Under the pieces are notes generated by a model. The model was not told the DNA's origin. It was given only the letters and a program-made list of their open reading frames with translations, and did not search any database. A stretch of 64,000 bases of DNA, taken from Trichinella spiralis. Lineage: Eukaryota. The position numbers and the translations under genes were made by a program. Positions within the stretch are counted from its first letter, which is position 1; every line of letters starts with the position of its first letter. Below are positions 62,492 through 64,000 of the stretch, piece by piece. The stretch is taken from NCBI RefSeq assembly GCF_000181795.1, contig NW_003526945.1, positions 4,676,682 to 4,740,681 of the forward strand, in the 5' to 3' direction.

Positions 62492-64000
62492 GTAAGCTTT
62501 GTTATTTTATTTTTCTGCACTTTTCCGCATTTTTTGCAAAAAATAACTTATAAACAACAAGCAAAGTGATGGTTTTGTATTGGGTTTTTTTCTTCATCCA
62601 GTCCAAGAGGGTAGAAAACGGTTTGCTTGGGAAAAAAGTGTATTTGCACATTCGATGAGCAAACATCTAATTCATCAAATGACATTCAGTATTTGTTGTT
62701 TGTAGAAAATGGCTAATTTAGTTGTTGTGTGAACGTGATTGTGTAACTTCATTGTTCAATTGACATTTGACTACTTGACAAAGTTTCCAACAATTTATAC
62801 AAAATGATTGTTCATTTTTATAGCCAATGATTCAGAGCATAAAAATGGGGGGGGTTTGTGTTGAGAATTATTCTCTTTGAAAACGAACCTATATTTTTGC
62901 ATAAAATGGTGCCGCCACTTTTAATTAAAAAAGTAATAATAGCAGCAAGTCGCTTAGTATATACTACGCACGTGATTGTGAAGATTGTCGAATATGCAGC
63001 AGCTTTTCCGCTGCTTTCATTTGATGCTTGTTGGCATAGGTGGATTTTTATATATTTGCGGTGTCTTGACGGAATAAGGAAAATGGAAATAACCAGTTGC
63101 ATGCACAGCAGTATTTAAAAGTGAAAACAGCAATTGCGGGTCCTGTTTGTGAATTGTGTAAAACTTGTATTATACTCATGTAGCCAGCTTTTTGTCTAAT
63201 GTGTTTGTTGTTGTTGTTTTACGTGAGGCTACTTCCTTCCATTTTCTGGACCGGTAGTTTGCGTCAAAATTTTCCAACAATAGAGAACAACGTTTTTCTT
63301 TTTTAAATTGAAGTAAATTCAAATTTAAAGTAAATCATATTGTCACGCAGTTGTCAATATCTATTTCATGTTATATACACACTTGCTTGGCTTGTTCTTG
63401 TACTCTTGGTTTTTTATTTAAAATGATCTCAACAACTTTGAATTTTCCCATAGAAAAGCATATATATATATATATATATATGTTTGAGAAACAAAGGAAA
63501 AATACATCAAAGAAAATGCATTTTAAAATTATCAACATCTGCGTTCTTATCAGTCAATGTTTGTCATTACAATTTTTGAATCGAATTTTAATTCACTAAT
63601 GCTATTTGGCATAGGATGACAATGAAATGACATTTGATTTAAATTTAGTTTTGTGCACTGTTTTAAATTTTAAAAAATAATCTAGAAGCAAATTTTTCTG
63701 TGCGTATTTGGAAAGCAAGCAACTCAACTCTGCCTGTGTTCTTGTGTGTAGGGTTGGTTCAGGGGGGGTGGGGGGTGGTTGGAATAATTAATTTGGACTT
63801 TTGAAATTCATTTTGCGCAAGCTGAAAATTTTGACAAGCAGCTACGCTAATATATTTTATTGAAAGTTCAATATAAAGTATTAAAAGCAGCGTGAGAGTG
63901 AATTATTTATTACGCATGACTTTGTTTTTCAAGTGCATCAAACGATGCAATTTGCAAAAATGTTTCCATCAATAATGAAAAGGCGTCACTGTCGCCGTTA

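Noticed and set aside
58683..62495. Alternative-frame and antisense ORFs in the giant exon
   Set aside because: By-products of low-complexity coding sequence.
63750..63782. G-rich tract, possible G-quadruplex
   Set aside because: A single short tract with no supporting context.
1..64000. CRISPR arrays, tRNA/rRNA genes, intact transposases or retroelements
   Set aside because: None recognised by eye; the repeats are gene duplications or microsatellites in eukaryotic DNA.

Overview
AT-rich, intron-containing eukaryotic DNA with short GT-AG introns, most consistent with a clade I nematode, probably Trichinella (inference). 0-12.5 kb is a tandem array on the minus strand with four 4-exon paralogues. 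Once spliced by hand they resemble the Sts-1/UBASH3 (ecdysteroid-phosphate phosphatase) histidine-phosphatase domain but lack the RHG catalytic motif. Each has a conserved TATA+Inr promoter and alternates with decayed signal-peptide genes and a duplicated CCAAT/E2F/YY1/X-box module. Next come a short SPIDR-like gene (13.0-15.0 kb), a small orphan gene (16.4-16.9 kb), a ZNF423/ZNF521/Oaz orthologue with an N-terminal NuRD motif and an extra C-terminal finger cluster (19.2-27.2 kb), and an Ap4A hydrolase NUDT2 (35.1-35.7 kb). An ORF-free region at 37-41 kb holds a cluster of pre-miRNA-like hairpins, three of them with the miR-87 family seed. A secreted Cys-rich multi-exon gene follows (43.3-52.2 kb), then a large low-complexity gene with a 4.1 kb exon carrying five WxQFCDY repeats (54.3 kb onward, 3' end not found). 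A 10-N gap with a probably false duplication and two homopolymer frameshifts point to assembly errors. All family assignments come from by-eye comparison with remembered sequences, not database searches.
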